Assembly (NCBI GenBank): GCA_964291315.2
Contig: OZ219753.1
Span: forward strand, 3,136,001-3,200,000
Reading direction: 5' to 3'
Length of the DNA stretch: 64,000 nt
Source: Candidatus Poribacteria bacterium
Lineage (GTDB): Bacteria; Poribacteria; WGA-4E; WGA-3G
The translations under genes and the position numbers were made by a program. Below, piece by piece: positions 61,635-64,000 of this stretch (positions within the stretch are counted from its first letter, which is position 1; each line of letters opens with the position of its first letter). The notes under the pieces were generated by a model. That model saw only the letters and a program-made list of their open reading frames with translations. It made no database searches and had not been told where the DNA came from.

Positions 61635-63128
61635 ATGCTCAAAGTACTCATCGTTAGAGAACTGCTTGACAACCTCATGACCTTCCGTTTTGCCGCGGTC
61701 TTGCTGATTACACTCCTGCTCGTTGTTGCAAATACCGTTGTGCTTGTTCAAGATTACGAACTCCGTTTAGCGAGTTACAACGATGCTGTCAAAATCCACA
61801 ACGTGGAACTACGGAAGGCAAAGACCTATTCTAAGATGTACCTGACTGTTGACCGGCCCCCCAATCCGTTGAGTATTTTTAATGTCGGATTGGATAAACG
61901 TTTAGGTAATTCTAGCGGCATCTGGCATGGATTCGTTCCGACGCTCTGGGACGCTCAGAAGCACGGCACCGATAACCCGTTTATCGCCTTCTTTTCTTCC
62001 ATGGATATTGTCTTTGTCTTTAAGGTGATTTTGAGTCTTATAGGGTTGATATTCGCTTACGACGCGATTACAAGGGAGCGGGAGCGTGGCACCCTACGAC
62101 TTGTTCTTGCACAGCCCGTCGGACGCGGACAGATCCTGCTTGCAAAATATATGAGTGCGATGGTATGCCTGTTAGTTCCGTTAATATTAAGCCTTCTTTT
62201 TGCCCTACTGTTGATAACCCGTTTGATTCCGTTATCAACTGCGGATTTCCTCCGCGTCGCTGGAATTGTGTTTACGTCGTTTGCCTATCTGTCCTTGTTC
62301 TATCTCATTGGATTGTTGATATCCGCGATGACCCAAAGAACCGGTACTGCGGTGATGATCGCAATGTTCGTATGGGGCTTTCTGATACTTGTGTACCCAA
62401 ATCTGATTCGGGCAACAGTTAACCCAGGAGGCGATATTCGCGAGCGCACAAAGTCCGCAGAAAATCAAATTCGACAGATTGTAGATGAATATGAGAGAGC
62501 ACGGCAAGAATTTCTTGAAAAGGAGGGTGTCGCCGGCGAAACATCTGAGTTTAACAAGGCTTTGGGGCTTTACACGGATGCACACGTGGATCCAGTCACC
62601 CTCTCGCCTTATTTGGAAAATATGAGCGAGATTTCAGAAATTCCCCCGAAGTTTGAGAAGTACGTTTCAGTCGCTAAGCGATATTATGCATTTGTGGAAC
62701 CGCTGGCTGCCGATGCCGCAGAAAAGGCATGGTTCATACAGAGGCAGGCACTTGATGCCACTTTTGTTCGACAAGCCGAAACGGATAGAGCACTGTTGAA
62801 GCTTTCACCGGTGGGTATCTATGAGGCCGCAACACAAGCATGGGCAGGTACTGACTTATCGGGGCTTAGAGATTTTTTTCGGGCAGCACGCCGCTACCGA
62901 AGGATCCTAATTGATTATTTTTACGCAAAGAACGCATTTTCATCACGGGAGTGGTTTGTTGCCGATAGAGGCGTGGTCGATTGGAGCACACTCCCCACAT
63001 TTACTTACCAGAGAAACAATATAGGGGTGAATGCCAAACGAGCATTGCCCAACCTACTTCTATTGTTGATAGCTAACCTCACACTATTTATGGGGATAGT
63101 TCTCGTTTTCATCAAAAGCGAGGTATAG
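61635..63128 (+). CDS. ABC-2 type permease, subtype A
   Basis: RELLDNLMTFRF; AYDAITRERERGTLRL. Confidence 0.88.
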   Translation: MLKVLIVRELLDNLMTFRFAAVLLITLLLVVANTVVLVQDYELRLASYNDAVKIHNVELRKAKTYSKMYLTVDRPPNPLSIFNVGLDKRLGNSSGIWHGFVPTLWDAQKHGTDNPFIAFFSSMDIVFVFKVILSLIGLIFAYDAITRERERGTLRLVLAQPVGRGQILLAKYMSAMVCLLVPLILSLLFALLLITRLIPLSTADFLRVAGIVFTSFAYLSLFYLIGLLISAMTQRTGTAVMIAMFVWGFLILVYPNLIRATVNPGGDIRERTKSAENQIRQIVDEYERARQEFLEKEGVAGETSEFNKALGLYTDAHVDPVTLSPYLENMSEISEIPPKFEKYVSVAKRYYAFVEPLAADAAEKAWFIQRQALDATFVRQAETDRALLKLSPVGIYEAATQAWAGTDLSGLRDFFRAARRYRRILIDYFYAKNAFSSREWFVADRGVVDWSTLPTFTYQRNNIGVNAKRALPNLLLLLIANLTLFMGIVLVFIKSEV

Positions 63129-63296
63129 AATAACGGGCAGCAGGGAGCTATCAGCTCGTAGCTTGCTTGAACTGCATCTCATTAGAGTGCCTGCCGAAAA
63201 AACGCAATGTCCGTTTGGGCCTGACCTCTCCAAGAACGAGTGACATTCAACATATTTTTGCGGATTGAAAACTGACAACGGACAACTATTTAACCG

Positions 63297-64000
63297 ATGT
63301 GGCATATCACAAAGCGTGAACTCTACGACACCGTCAATAGCCTGCGTTTCGCGTTGGGAACGGTGCTCCTCCTAGTGTTGATGTTAACCAATGCTGTTCT
63401 GCATCTGCGTGAACATCCGGCGCGTCTACAAGCGTATCATAACGCAGCTGCAGAATCTATAAAGACGTTAGAATCGCGCAGTACCAGTTTATATCGTCTT
63501 GCAACAGAAGGCCCTGGAGACCTCCATAAAGCCCCCTCATCCCTCCATTTCTGTGCTGAAGGCGACGAGGTACTTTTACCTAGACATGCCAGTGGCATAA
63601 ACTACTTTCGCTATGTCGCCAACGCTAGGCCCGTCTGGCGGATGGTGTATCCACAAGAGACACCTGATCTACGGAATATCCGTCCTGAGTTTACTACACT
63701 CGATTGGGCGTTTATTATCGGCTACGTACTGAGCTTTATCGCCATCCTGTTCACTTTTGACGCAATTTCTGGTGAATTGGATCGCGGCACCTTGCGACTG
63801 ACTTTAGCAAACGCTATTCCGCGGCATACGGTGCTGATCGGAAAGTTCTGCGGAGCATTTATCAGCATTAACATACCCTTCACTATTGCGGTGCTGATGA
63901 ATCTACTTCTCATCTCTACCTCGAACGCCATACACCTTAACGTCGAGGCATGGAGCCGTTTAGGTATCTTGTACGCTATCGCTATCCTCTATGTCTGCCT
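63297..64000 (+). CDS. ABC-2 type permease, subtype B (partial)
   Basis: Hand translation MWHITKRELYDTVNSLRF...FDAISGELDRGTLRL; runs off the window. Confidence 0.85.
   Translation, partial: MWHITKRELYDTVNSLRFALGTVLLLVLMLTNAVLHLREHPARLQAYHNAAAESIKTLESRSTSLYRLATEGPGDLHKAPSSLHFCAEGDEVLLPRHASGINYFRYVANARPVWRMVYPQETPDLRNIRPEFTTLDWAFIIGYVLSFIAILFTFDAISGELDRGTLRLTLANAIPRHTVLIGKFCGAFISINIPFTIAVLMNLLLISTSNAIHLNVEAWSRLGILYAIAILYVC

Overview
Bacterial chromosomal window, most likely Candidatus Poribacteria. Support comes from 16S signature stretches, secreted proteins ending in KLxTxW(G/A)xxK and a FlgD-type C-terminal domain. The left two-thirds mixes housekeeping genes (moaA-suf cluster, sugar oxidoreductases, a WcaJ-like transferase, a xanthine dehydrogenase-family trio) with five DNA methyltransferase genes, one split at a G9 tract. 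The most unusual part is 45.3-58.4 kb, around a 16S gene with no linked 23S. There, three long host-derived direct repeats (about 0.42, 0.81 and 1.2 kb, one being the 3' half of 16S) each enclose cargo of lineage-specific exported proteins with truncated ends. No integrase or transposase is present, and all cargo is co-oriented with stable-RNA promoters. The cargo includes a recurring module of small secreted protein + hairpin + membrane-anchored partner. The window ends with tRNA-Ile and four alternating ABC-2 permeases. Everything was read by eye; no searches or alignments were run, and repeat ends are accurate to a few nt.
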